From Phycisphaerales bacterium (lineage in GTDB: Bacteria; Planctomycetota; Phycisphaerae; Phycisphaerales; UBA1924), in the NCBI GenBank assembly GCA_016793015.1, contig JAEUJD010000116.1:6691-70690 (forward strand): DNA of 64,000 bases. The letters are read 5' to 3'. Below the pieces are notes generated by a model. That model had not been told where the DNA came from. It saw only the letters and a list, made by a program, of their open reading frames with translations, and made no database searches. Below are positions 19,647-28,822 of the stretch, piece after piece. The translations under genes were made by a program, and so were the position numbers. The number at the start of each line of letters is the position of its first letter. Positions within the stretch are counted from its first letter, which is position 1.

Positions 19647-21011
19647 ATGCGGCAACGATTTTCCGCGTCATTGAAGTCGGTCCTTGTTGTGTCTGTTCTT
19701 GCCGGCATGGCCGCGAACGTGCTGGCGTCGGGCTTTGATCCGAATCGCAAGGGCGCCGGCGAGAGCCGCGCCAAGCTGACCGCCATGGAACGGGCTCCCT
19801 TTGACTGGACTCTTCTTTCGAAGCTCTCAGACTGGAAGAACGGCGCGGCACCATCCGCAGCATCGCTCGATGGCAAGGTCGTGCTCTTCGTCACCTACTC
19901 CGACTGGTATCGCCCGGCGGCCCGCGCGCTGGCGATCGCGCGTCGCGCCGCCGAGACGTACGGCAAAGATGGTTTGGTCGTTATCGCAGCGCACAACCCC
20001 GAGGGCTGGAAGGACGCTGCCAAGCCCGAGGCGCCGACGGGCGGCACGATGTTGCTCGCCCACGACGACAAGGGCGAGTTCCGCAAGGCGCTGCTGAGCT
20101 CACAGGATCCGAATTTCTATCTCGTCGACCGCGCCGGGCAGTTGCGCTTCGCCGATGTTGCGAACGAGTCGGTCGAAGAAGCGATCAAGTTCCTGGTCGC
20201 GGAAAAGCGCGACGACGCGGCCAACCTGAACAAGATCGAAGCCGATGCCAAGCGTGCCAAGGCCGTGCAGGACAGCAAGACCTCTTCGGTCAACAGCCAG
20301 AACGATGTGCTCCGCACGCTGCCAGAAATCGCGTTCACCCCGCCCGCCGCGGAAGAGTACACCGACGCAAAGTGGCCCAAGCTGCCTTCGGACGATCGCG
20401 GCCAGACCACGGCCCAGCCGAACAAGATCACGCTTCCCAACGCCGGCTGGTCGCCGGCGCAGCCCCCTTTGACCGGGCGCGCCGTGCTGCTCTACTTCTG
20501 GAATCCCGGAGTTCCGGCCTCGTACGACCAGATGCAGCGATTGGCCGACCTGATGCAGCGTCAGTACCAGCGTGATTTGGTGGTCGTGGGCGTGCTGAGC
20601 GACTTTGCGTCGTTTGGCCAGCGCGAGGACAAGCTCACCGACGAAGAGCGGGCCAAGAAGGCGCTCACGCCCGAGACCGCGCTCAAGCGAATCCAGGAGT
20701 TCCAGACCGCCCGGAAGTACGACCATGCGATGGTCGTGGACCTCACCGGCTCGGTGCTCAAGTCGGTCACTTCTGAGACCGAGATTCCGCTGCCGTACGT
20801 CGCGATCATCTCGTCCGACGGCATGTCGCGTTGGTGGGGCTTTGTCGGCTCGCCCGAGGCCAAGGGCGCACTCGACCGTGTGCTCGATGCCGATCCGGGT
20901 GTGCAGGCACGCCGCAAAGCCGAAGCGGAATACCTCCGAACCACCAAGAGCGCTGCCTCGGGAGAATCGACCGCTCCCGCGACAAAGCCCGCCGAAGCCC
21001 CCAAGAAGTGA
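19647..21011 (+). CDS. Secreted tandem thioredoxin-fold (TlpA/redoxin-like) protein lacking cysteines
   Basis: Signal peptide. Two redoxin-like blocks, GKVVLFVTYSDWYRPAARAL and GRAVLLYFWNPGVPASYDQM, where the WCxxC motif would normally sit. The protein has no Cys at all. AGGAG lies upstream of the ATG. Confidence 0.6.
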   Translation: MRQRFSASLKSVLVVSVLAGMAANVLASGFDPNRKGAGESRAKLTAMERAPFDWTLLSKLSDWKNGAAPSAASLDGKVVLFVTYSDWYRPAARALAIARRAAETYGKDGLVVIAAHNPEGWKDAAKPEAPTGGTMLLAHDDKGEFRKALLSSQDPNFYLVDRAGQLRFADVANESVEEAIKFLVAEKRDDAANLNKIEADAKRAKAVQDSKTSSVNSQNDVLRTLPEIAFTPPAAEEYTDAKWPKLPSDDRGQTTAQPNKITLPNAGWSPAQPPLTGRAVLLYFWNPGVPASYDQMQRLADLMQRQYQRDLVVVGVLSDFASFGQREDKLTDEERAKKALTPETALKRIQEFQTARKYDHAMVVDLTGSVLKSVTSETEIPLPYVAIISSDGMSRWWGFVGSPEAKGALDRVLDADPGVQARRKAEAEYLRTTKSAASGESTAPATKPAEAPKK

Positions 21012-21517
21012 GTACGGGCGCGCTGCTGAATCTCGTGCTGCACGAGCCCGAGATCCCCAACAACACCGGCAATATCGGGCGCACAGCGCTGGTGCTCGGT
21101 TGTTCGCTGCACCTCATTGAGCCGCTCGGGTTTGATACCAGCGAAAAGGCATGCCGGCGCGCGGGGCTTGATTACTGGCCCCGTCTCGGGGTCAAGCATC
21201 ATGCATCATGGTCCGAGTTCAACTCGGTCGAGTCGCCCGCCCGGCTCTGGTATTTCTCGGCGCACGCGAAGCGCAGCGTGTTTGATGCCGAGTTCCTCCG
21301 GGGGGATTGGCTGGTCTTCGGCAAGGAAACCGCGGGATTGCCCGAATCGATCCTGAACGCGGCCGACCCCGCCTCGTGCCTGCGGTTCCCGATGGTTGAG
21401 GGCGAACGCGGGCTGAACCTCGCGACGGCCGTCTGTGCCGCGGCATACGAGGGTGTGCGCCAGTTGCACGCGAAGGGCCAACTTCGAATCGACGAGCGTG
21501 GCATCATCCTGCCGTGA
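21008..21517 (+). CDS. trmL: tRNA (cytidine/uridine-2'-O)-methyltransferase, SpoU/TrmL type
   Basis: LHEPEIPNNTGNIGRT, LVFGKETAGLPE, LNLATAV. The GTG start overlaps the upstream stop (GTGA). Confidence 0.85.
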   Translation: MSTGALLNLVLHEPEIPNNTGNIGRTALVLGCSLHLIEPLGFDTSEKACRRAGLDYWPRLGVKHHASWSEFNSVESPARLWYFSAHAKRSVFDAEFLRGDWLVFGKETAGLPESILNAADPASCLRFPMVEGERGLNLATAVCAAAYEGVRQLHAKGQLRIDERGIILP

Positions 21518-22628
21518 TGCCGGATTGATCCTGCTCCTGGGGGTCGGGGTTGAAAACAAAACGATCCAGGAACTCGGTCGTTCGCCACACGCAGTGCGCG
21601 AGCGCGTGGCTGCGACCTTCACGCCCCATTTGCCGGCGAAGTCCGTGATCGGACGCGAGCCGCTCCATACACGACGCCAGGCCCGCATCATCCGTGAAAC
21701 ACAGTCCGGCACCGGTGTCGAGCTTCTCCCGAATCGCCGGAATATCGCGGCCGATCACCGCTATCCCGGTCAGCATCGCCTGCACGCATGCCTGCGAATA
21801 CGTCTCGGATGCCGACGCGATGATCAAGACGTCCATTTCTCGAAGGAACGCAGGCACTTCCGTGGCCGGCATCCACGGATGCGGGATGACGCCGGTTCCC
21901 CAGGAGGTGCGAGTCTGTTCGGAGGGCATCGTCGGAAAGCTCGCGAGGTGCAGCTCGCACCGTTCACGCAACTCCGGAGGCAGCGACGCAAACGCCTTGA
22001 CCACGCCGTCGACGCCCTTGAGCGCCGTGTCGAGTTTGCCCAGCATGCAAAATCGCACGGGCCGTTCGGGGCGCGAATCCGGTGGCGGAAAGAACGCGTC
22101 CGGATTGCAGACGCCGTAGTAGACATCCACCGGTTCGCCGCCCGCGCGGGCCGGAAACGCCTCGGCCACATGGCGACTCACGGCGACCACACGCGCGGGC
22201 CAGCGCGCGAGCGACTTGAGGAAAGCCGGCTTCGGCGCCGCATTGGCCTGAATCACCATCCGCGTAAAAACGCCTCTCCGCAACATCATGTTCACGCCGG
22301 GCACGATGCCCCGCGCGACGTTGCCGAGAATCGCAACATCGAATCGGTGATTCCGAAGGGCGAAAGCGCACGCGATCGTCGCGAACAGCGGCTTGCGCAG
22401 GGCGGGCACGACCACAACCTCCAGATTCGCGGCCCGGGCGAGCGGCCCCATCTGTTCGTCAAACCGCGCCTTCCACGTCTTTTCGATCGGCACGCACACG
22501 CGATGTCCGAGCGAAACCAGGTCGGTCAGGATCTGAAAATCCATGACCTGCACGCCCCGGATCTGTTTGCGGGTGCGGTTCGCCAGGAACGTCGGCGCGA
22601 GATACAGGATCGAACGCGCGCCGCTCAT
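21504..22628 (-). CDS. Glycosyltransferase (GT-B, GT4-like)
   Basis: C-terminal domain ...LIIASASETYSQACVQAMLTGIAVIGRDIPAIREKL. Confidence 0.8.
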   Translation of the reverse strand: MSGARSILYLAPTFLANRTRKQIRGVQVMDFQILTDLVSLGHRVCVPIEKTWKARFDEQMGPLARAANLEVVVVPALRKPLFATIACAFALRNHRFDVAILGNVARGIVPGVNMMLRRGVFTRMVIQANAAPKPAFLKSLARWPARVVAVSRHVAEAFPARAGGEPVDVYYGVCNPDAFFPPPDSRPERPVRFCMLGKLDTALKGVDGVVKAFASLPPELRERCELHLASFPTMPSEQTRTSWGTGVIPHPWMPATEVPAFLREMDVLIIASASETYSQACVQAMLTGIAVIGRDIPAIREKLDTGAGLCFTDDAGLASCMERLASDHGLRRQMGREGRSHALAHCVWRTTEFLDRFVFNPDPQEQDQSGITAG

Positions 22629-22667
22629 CGGTCGTTGGCTCCGCGATGGCTCGAAAGTACGGACGAA

Positions 22668-23561
22668 TCAGCCGAGTGCCGCGGCGCCCGCGACGATTTC
22701 GGTCAGTTCCGTCGTGATCTGAGCCTGACGGGCACGATTGAACACGCGGGTGAGACGCTTACCCATTTTGCCCGCGTTGTCCGTCGCGGCCTTCATCGCC
22801 ACCATGCGGGCGACCTGCTCGCTCACGACCGCGTCGTTGAACGCCTGGAAGAGCACGGCCTTCACGGCGGAAGGGAGCAGTTCGCCCAGCAGCTCTTCGG
22901 CCGAGGGGCTGAACTCGTACTGCACCGTCGCACCGGACTTGGCTTCGGGCTTGTCGGCCTTCTTTTCGGCCGCGTCGGCCTTGAACGGGAGCAGTTGCAT
23001 CACCGTTGGGACCTGCTTGCCGGCCGAAATGAACTTCATGTAGATCACGTGAACGCTGGAAACCTCGCCGCTGGTGAATCGGTCGATGTAGCTCTGCGCC
23101 AGTTCTTCGACATGCTCGTAGGTGGGCTTGTCGCCGAATTGCGTGTGATGCTGCGAGACCGGGATCTTGTTGTACTTCAGGAAGCCGGCGCCCTTCTTGC
23201 CGACCAGTTCGATGAAACCGGCGCGGTTGGCGGGATTCTCGCGGACAAAGTGCATGCCCGTGCGGAGGATGCTGCCGTTGTAAGGGCCGCAGAGGCCGCG
23301 GTCGGAAGTCAGCACCAGCAGGAGGGGCTTGGCGTCGGGCTTGGGCGTGCCGCCGGTGAGGAGCGGGTGCTTCACATCGGTCAGGCTTTTGGCGAGGCTG
23401 ACCACAAGCTCGAAAAGGGCATCGGTGTAGGGGCGGCTCGAAACCGAGCGCTGCTGCGCCGCCGAAAACTTGGCCGTGGCGATCATCTGCATCGTCTTGG
23501 TGATGCGACGAATATTGCCGACTGCCTTGATCCGCTTCTTGATCTCGCGCGTCTTGCCCAT
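22668..23561 (-). CDS. atpG: F-type ATP synthase gamma subunit
   Basis: MGKTREIKKRIKAVGNIRRITKTMQMIATAKF at the N-terminus. ARQAQITTELTEIVAGAAAL at the C-terminus. Confidence 0.85.
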   Translation of the reverse strand: MGKTREIKKRIKAVGNIRRITKTMQMIATAKFSAAQQRSVSSRPYTDALFELVVSLAKSLTDVKHPLLTGGTPKPDAKPLLLVLTSDRGLCGPYNGSILRTGMHFVRENPANRAGFIELVGKKGAGFLKYNKIPVSQHHTQFGDKPTYEHVEELAQSYIDRFTSGEVSSVHVIYMKFISAGKQVPTVMQLLPFKADAAEKKADKPEAKSGATVQYEFSPSAEELLGELLPSAVKAVLFQAFNDAVVSEQVARMVAMKAATDNAGKMGKRLTRVFNRARQAQITTELTEIVAGAAALG

Positions 23562-23649
23562 AGGGGGAGAAGGATAGGCGTTTCCTGCCCGGGAATCGCC
23601 CCGTCCGTCCGGCCGATCGGCGGGTGTTCGGTTCGAGACTGCCGTGTTT

Positions 23650-24366
23650 TTAGGCAGAAAACGTCGAGATCGGTTCGGCGAGAATTTTCCCGGCCGCGGC
23701 AAATGCCAGCGATATTCTGGGGTAATCCCTCGCTTCGATCAGGATCGATTGAGCGGGAGGGTCTGCCGCCACGATTCGGGCAATGGAACCGGGCTTGAGG
23801 CCGTGCTTTGCAACAAACGCGAGGAACTGCTGGTCTTGGTCCACGATCCGTGAAACTCGGACCCTCGTGCCGGGCGGGAAATCGGTCAGCGACTTCCCGC
23901 GAGCTTCGCGCACGCCCCCTTGGCTGTCGGGAATCGGATCGCCGTGCGGGTCCACGCTCGGGTGGCCCAGGTGCTTGTCGAGGGCCTCGAGCACGACCGG
24001 CGAGATGGCGTGCTCGAGTCGCTCGGCCTCCGCGTGCACAACGCTCCAGTCGAGATTCAGGGTTTCAACCAGGAAGGTCTCGATGAGCCGATGGCGCCGG
24101 AGGATGTCGATCGCCGCCTTGTCGCCCTTGACCGTGAGCTTCACACCGCCGAAACGCTCATAGCGGACGAACTTTCCGGCCGTGAGCTTCTTGACCATTG
24201 TCGTGGCGGTGCCGGTGGTCACGCCCACCAGCGTCGCGATGCGCGACATCGCGGCCTCGCCCGTCGCCGATTCGCGGCACAGGGCGTAGATCGCCTTCAG
24301 GTAGTTCTCGACGGCTTCCGTCGCCAAAACAGGGCTCTCCGGGGTCGCTGCGTGAAGGGACATCAT
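23650..24366 (-). CDS. DtxR/MntR-family metal-dependent transcriptional regulator with FeoA/SH3-like C-terminal domain
   Basis: ENYLKAIYAL, RRHRLIETFLVETLNLDWSVVHAEAERLEHAIS, DPHGDPIP. Divergent from the metal ABC operon. Confidence 0.85.
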   Translation of the reverse strand: MMSLHAATPESPVLATEAVENYLKAIYALCRESATGEAAMSRIATLVGVTTGTATTMVKKLTAGKFVRYERFGGVKLTVKGDKAAIDILRRHRLIETFLVETLNLDWSVVHAEAERLEHAISPVVLEALDKHLGHPSVDPHGDPIPDSQGGVREARGKSLTDFPPGTRVRVSRIVDQDQQFLAFVAKHGLKPGSIARIVAADPPAQSILIEARDYPRISLAFAAAGKILAEPISTFSA

Positions 24367-24398
24367 ACCCGCCGGACGGAAACAACCTTGACTTGTAG

Positions 24399-24444
24399 TC
24401 GGCAAATCATATAGTTTGAGCCATCAAACTTGGAAGTTTGCCGA
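24399..24444. promoter_or_regulatory. Candidate DtxR/MntR operator (nested palindromes) in the divergent promoter region
   Basis: AGTTTGA-gcca-TCAAACT (24413-24430) is nested inside TCGGCAAA...TTTGCCGA (24399-24406 and 24437-24444). It lies just upstream of the binding-protein gene. Confidence 0.45.
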
Positions 24445-24459
24445 TAGAAAGAGGTTGTG

Positions 24460-25497
24460 ATGAGGGCGGGATGCAATCCATCGCGGGAGATTCTGGCAGG
24501 GCCTCTGCTCGCGGCCACCTTTGCCGTCCTCGCAGCTATCGCCGCGAGTGCGGCGCCGCCCGAGTCGGCGAAACGATCCGCCCCCGTCAAAGTCGTCGCG
24601 ACCATCGGCATGATCGCCGACGTTGCGAAGGAAATCGGGGGCGAACACGTCCGCGTCACGGCGCTCATGGGCGAAGGCGTCGACCCGCATCTCTACAAGG
24701 CATCGCCCGGCGATGTGCGCACGATGTCCGACGCCGACATCGTCCTTTACAACGGGCTGCACCTCGAAGGCCGGATGGCCGACGTGATCGTGAAGATGGC
24801 CGGCCGGCGCACGGTTGCGCAGGTGACCGACTCGATCGATGAGAAGCTGCTGCGCGAGCCCCCGGAGTTCCAGGGCCAGTACGACCCGCATGTCTGGTTC
24901 GATGTCGGCCTGTGGTCCCAGGCCGCCGATCGAATCCGTGATGTGTTCGGCACCAAAGACCCGGCGAATGCGAAGGCGTACGACGCCGCGTCGAAGCAGT
25001 ACGCAGAGGTGCTGGCGGCTCTCGACGATTACGCGAAGGCCACGATCGCGACGATCCCCAAGGACCATCGCATCATGGTCACGGCGCACGATGCCTTTGG
25101 CTATTTCGGCCGGGCATACGGCCTGGAAGTGAAGGCCATCCAGGGCATCAGCACCGACAGCGAGGCGAGCCTGAAAGACATCAACTCGTTGGTGGATGTG
25201 CTCGTGAGTCGAAGGGTGCCCGCCGTCTTCATCGAGAGCAGCGTCCCGCGCAAGACGATCGATGCGCTCGTCGAAGGTTGCGGGGGACGGGGCCACACCA
25301 TCGCCATCGGGGGCGAACTGTTCAGCGACGCGATGGGTAAGGCCGGAACGCTCGAGGGAACGTACGTCGGCATGGTGCTGCACAACGTCGACACAATCAC
25401 GCGGGCCCTCGGGGGCACAGTTCCCGAAAGCAAACCCGGCGCACTCGGCGAGTACCTCAAGAAGCGTGCCGCCAAATCGCCTACGGAGGGCCCTTGA
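24460..25497 (+). CDS. Metal ABC transporter substrate-binding protein (TroA/MntC/PsaA-like)
   Basis: Signal peptide. [41 protein letters not shown]. There is no His-rich loop, so Mn/Fe type is more likely than Zn. Confidence 0.85.
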   Translation: MRAGCNPSREILAGPLLAATFAVLAAIAASAAPPESAKRSAPVKVVATIGMIADVAKEIGGEHVRVTALMGEGVDPHLYKASPGDVRTMSDADIVLYNGLHLEGRMADVIVKMAGRRTVAQVTDSIDEKLLREPPEFQGQYDPHVWFDVGLWSQAADRIRDVFGTKDPANAKAYDAASKQYAEVLAALDDYAKATIATIPKDHRIMVTAHDAFGYFGRAYGLEVKAIQGISTDSEASLKDINSLVDVLVSRRVPAVFIESSVPRKTIDALVEGCGGRGHTIAIGGELFSDAMGKAGTLEGTYVGMVLHNVDTITRALGGTVPESKPGALGEYLKKRAAKSPTEGP

Positions 25498-26315
25498 TCG
25501 TGATCAATACGCAGGCCCCGCCGCAGTCGGCGCTACCCGTCCCCGATCCCGCGCACATCAGCGTTGAAGTGCACGACGTAACCGTGGCTTATCACCGAAA
25601 GCCGGTGCTCTGGGATGTCGATGTTTCGTTCCCTTCGCAAAAACTCATCGCCATCGTCGGCCCGAACGGCGCGGGAAAATCGACGCTGCTCAAGGCGATA
25701 CTCGGGCTCGTTCCGCTCGCGAGCGGCGGGGTGCAGATCTTCGGCAAGTCGCTGAAGCAGGCCCGATCGCTCATCGGTTACGTCCCGCAGCGGGAAACCG
25801 TGGACTGGGATTTTCCCGTTGATGCGCTCGATGTTGTTCTGATGGGCCGCTACGGACGTCTCGGGTGGATTCGCCGCCCCGGCAGCGCCGACCGTGCCGC
25901 TGCGATGGATTCGCTCCGCAAAGTCGGTATGGAAGAATTCGCGTCGCGCCAGATCAGTCAGCTTTCGGGCGGGCAGCAGCAGCGGGTATTCCTCGCCCGC
26001 GCGCTCGCACAGGATGCCGACATCTACTTCATGGATGAACCGTTCGCGGGCGTGGATGCCGCGACGGAGAAAGCTATCGTGGGCGTGCTCCGCGAACTGC
26101 GGAGCGCAGGACGCACGGTCATCGCGGTGCACCACGATCTTCAGACCGTTCCGGAGTACTTCGACCACGTCGTCCTACTCAACATGCGGCTCGTCGCCGC
26201 GGGACCGGTCGCGTCGACGTTCACCCGCGCCAATCTTCAGAAGACCTACGGAGGCCGCCTCACCATTCTCGATGAAGCGATCGAGTCTGTCCGCCGCGAT
26301 GGTCCGGCGAGCTGA
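25494..26315 (+). CDS. Metal ABC transporter ATP-binding protein
   Basis: Walker [10 protein letters not shown], signature LSGGQQQRV, Walker B IYFMDEP. The start overlaps the upstream stop. Confidence 0.9.
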   Translation: MIVINTQAPPQSALPVPDPAHISVEVHDVTVAYHRKPVLWDVDVSFPSQKLIAIVGPNGAGKSTLLKAILGLVPLASGGVQIFGKSLKQARSLIGYVPQRETVDWDFPVDALDVVLMGRYGRLGWIRRPGSADRAAAMDSLRKVGMEEFASRQISQLSGGQQQRVFLARALAQDADIYFMDEPFAGVDAATEKAIVGVLRELRSAGRTVIAVHHDLQTVPEYFDHVVLLNMRLVAAGPVASTFTRANLQKTYGGRLTILDEAIESVRRDGPAS

Positions 26316-26338
26316 TCGCCACCAACCACGACCCCTCC

Positions 26339-28822
26339 ATGAACGAGTTCATCCGTCTCATCACCCTGCAGGATGCCAACACGCGGGTGGTGCTCATCGG
26401 CACCATGCTCCTGGGGATCGCCTCGGCGGTGGTGGGGTCGTTTGCGGTGCTGCGCAAGCAGTCGCTTGTGGGCGATGCGGTTGCGCACGCCGCGCTGCCC
26501 GGTGTGTGCGTCGCGTACTTTGTCATCGGTGAGCGGAACTTTGCCGCGTTTCTGGTCGGCGCACTGGTGTTCGGCGTGCTCGCGGCATCGTTCGTGACCT
26601 TTGTCAAGGCCTGGACGCGTGTGAAGGAGGACGCGGCGATCGGCCTAGCGATCGGCGGGTTCTTTGGCCTGGGCATCGTGCTTTCCCGGGTCATTCAGAA
26701 TCAGCCCGCAGGTAACCGCGCGGGCCTGGACAGTTTCATCTTCGGAAAAGCCGCCAGCATGGTCGCGGACGATGCGAAGCTCATCCTCGCAGTCGCGGCA
26801 GCCATTCTCGCGGCCACCTTGCTCTTCTACAAAGAGTTCAAGCTTCTCTGCTTCGACCGCGATTTCGCTGCAGGCCAGGGCTGGCCCACAGTGCTGCTGG
26901 ATCTCTTCCTGATGGCGCTCGTCTGCATCTGCACTGTGGTGGGTCTTCCCGCCGTAGGTGTCGTGCTCATGGTCGCGCTGTTGATCATCCCGGCGGTCGC
27001 GGCCCGCTTCTGGACGAATCGCCTGGGGGTGATGCTGGTCGTTGCGGCGGTGTTCGGCGGCGCGTCGGGCTTGTTTGGGACGATTCTGAGCGCGACGGTG
27101 CCCACACCCGCCGGGGCGCTGAGCCGGGGCTGGCCCACTGGCCCGCTCATTGTGCTGACCGCCGCGTTCATCTTCATCGTGTCTCTGTTGTGCGCTCCCA
27201 AGCGCGGGCTGATCGCCGATCTTGCCCGTCGATACCTGCTCCGCAGGCGGATTGCGGTCCAGAATCTGCTGCGCGATGTCTACGAAACCATCGAGCCCGC
27301 CGGCGATCTTGAACGTGCGTGGCAACCCAAGCGTCTCATGCGCCCCGCATCGTCCCACGCGCGCGGGCTTGGCCGCGCGATCCGAGACGGCCTGGTCGCT
27401 CCGCGCGGCGAGAGTTTCGTGCTGACCCCCGCCGGACGCGATGCCGCCGTCCGCGTGGTTCGCGCGCACCGCCTGTGGGAGCTTTACCTGATCGAGCAGG
27501 CCGATATCGCCCCGGATCACGTCGATCGCGATGCGGATCAACTCGAACACGTGCTCTCGCCGGAGGTCATCGCCCAGCTGGAAGCACGCCTCGCCGAGGA
27601 GGACCGGATTCATCCGCGAAGCCCCGTTCGGAGCGAGGCCGTCCCGGCATCCCCGCACCCGATCACAACTTCGACCGCCAAACCGCTCCCGACCGGCAAG
27701 GCGTCGATGCTCTCCCTGGTCTTTGCCGCGGCATTGTGCCTGCTGATTCCTTCAGCAGATTCTCTTGCGAATGCCTCAACGCCGCCCGCGCCCAGCACAG
27801 TTTCCAACGACGTTGTGCAAACACCCGGGGCGGGTGCAGCCAACTCCACCCTCCCAGCGCCAAGCGAGTCCGTGTCCAACGACGCGTGGTTCAGCATCGG
27901 CTCCTATCCCGTCCGGAGCGATGATCTCTGGACCGTCGCAATCGCGGCGTGCTGCTGCCTCGCCTGCGGCCTGCTCGGCTGTTTCCTCATGCTTCGGCGC
28001 ATGTCGCTCTTGGGCGATGCGATCTCGCACGCGATTCTGCCCGGGCTTGCCGCGGCATTCTTTCTGACGGGCAGCCGCGAGCCCTTCGCCATGCTCGCGG
28101 GCGCGATGGTGGTGGGGGTGCTGACCGCCCTTATTTCTACGGGACTCAACCGCTGGGGCCGTGTGCCCGAAGATGCCTCGATGGGCGTTGTTTTCACCAC
28201 GCTCTTTGCCTGCGGCGTCATCCTCATCACGCTCGTTGCACGCGATGTCGATCTCGATCCGGGATGCGTGCTGTACGGCCTGATCGAGTTCGCCCCCTTC
28301 GACACTGTTCGGCTGCTGGGTCTGGAGCTTCCCCGCTCATTCGTGTGGCTCTTCACGGTGCTCGTCATCAACGTGACGCTGATCACCGTCTTCTTCAAGG
28401 AACTCAAGATCGTCTGCTTCGATCCTTATCTCGCGACGACGATGGGTATCAGCGCCACCGCCGTTCACTACGGCCTCATGACCGCTGTCGCCGCAACATC
28501 CGTCGCCTCGTTCGAGGCTGTTGGCTCCATTCTTGTTGTTGCGATGCTGGTCGCGCCCGGGGCGACCGCGCACCTCCTCACCGACAAGCTCGATCGACTG
28601 CTCTGGTGGTCCGCCGCGAGCGCGGTGTTCAGCGCCGTGCTGGGATATGCCCTGGCCGTGCGATTCAACACCTCCGTCGCCGGGATGATCGCAACGGTGG
28701 GCCTCGGGCTGTTCATGTTCGCTGCGATCGCTTCGCCGCGGCACGGCGTCATCGCCCGGCAGTTTCACCGTCGGGTCGCGTCCCCACCCGAAGCGGCCAA
28801 AGCCTCGGACGTTACCGGCTGA
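26339..28822 (+). CDS. Fused metal ABC transporter permease (two ABC-3 permease domains) with an internal DtxR-like module
   Basis: Residues 1-295 and about 530-827 are each ABC-3 (TroC/TroD-like) permeases (LVGDAVAHAALPG and LLGDAISHAILPG). Residues about 296-430 read RDGLVAPRGESFVLTPAGRDAAVRVVRAHRLWELYLIEQ...QLEHVLS, which is DtxR-like. Confidence 0.85.
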   Translation: MNEFIRLITLQDANTRVVLIGTMLLGIASAVVGSFAVLRKQSLVGDAVAHAALPGVCVAYFVIGERNFAAFLVGALVFGVLAASFVTFVKAWTRVKEDAAIGLAIGGFFGLGIVLSRVIQNQPAGNRAGLDSFIFGKAASMVADDAKLILAVAAAILAATLLFYKEFKLLCFDRDFAAGQGWPTVLLDLFLMALVCICTVVGLPAVGVVLMVALLIIPAVAARFWTNRLGVMLVVAAVFGGASGLFGTILSATVPTPAGALSRGWPTGPLIVLTAAFIFIVSLLCAPKRGLIADLARRYLLRRRIAVQNLLRDVYETIEPAGDLERAWQPKRLMRPASSHARGLGRAIRDGLVAPRGESFVLTPAGRDAAVRVVRAHRLWELYLIEQADIAPDHVDRDADQLEHVLSPEVIAQLEARLAEEDRIHPRSPVRSEAVPASPHPITTSTAKPLPTGKASMLSLVFAAALCLLIPSADSLANASTPPAPSTVSNDVVQTPGAGAANSTLPAPSESVSNDAWFSIGSYPVRSDDLWTVAIAACCCLACGLLGCFLMLRRMSLLGDAISHAILPGLAAAFFLTGSREPFAMLAGAMVVGVLTALISTGLNRWGRVPEDASMGVVFTTLFACGVILITLVARDVDLDPGCVLYGLIEFAPFDTVRLLGLELPRSFVWLFTVLVINVTLITVFFKELKIVCFDPYLATTMGISATAVHYGLMTAVAATSVASFEAVGSILVVAMLVAPGATAHLLTDKLDRLLWWSAASAVFSAVLGYALAVRFNTSVAGMIATVGLGLFMFAAIASPRHGVIARQFHRRVASPPEAAKASDVTG

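Noticed and set aside
21435-23798. 787-aa plus-strand ORF spanning the glycosyltransferase and atpG regions.
   Set aside because: It is antisense to two genes with clear family signatures and has an Arg-rich junk translation.
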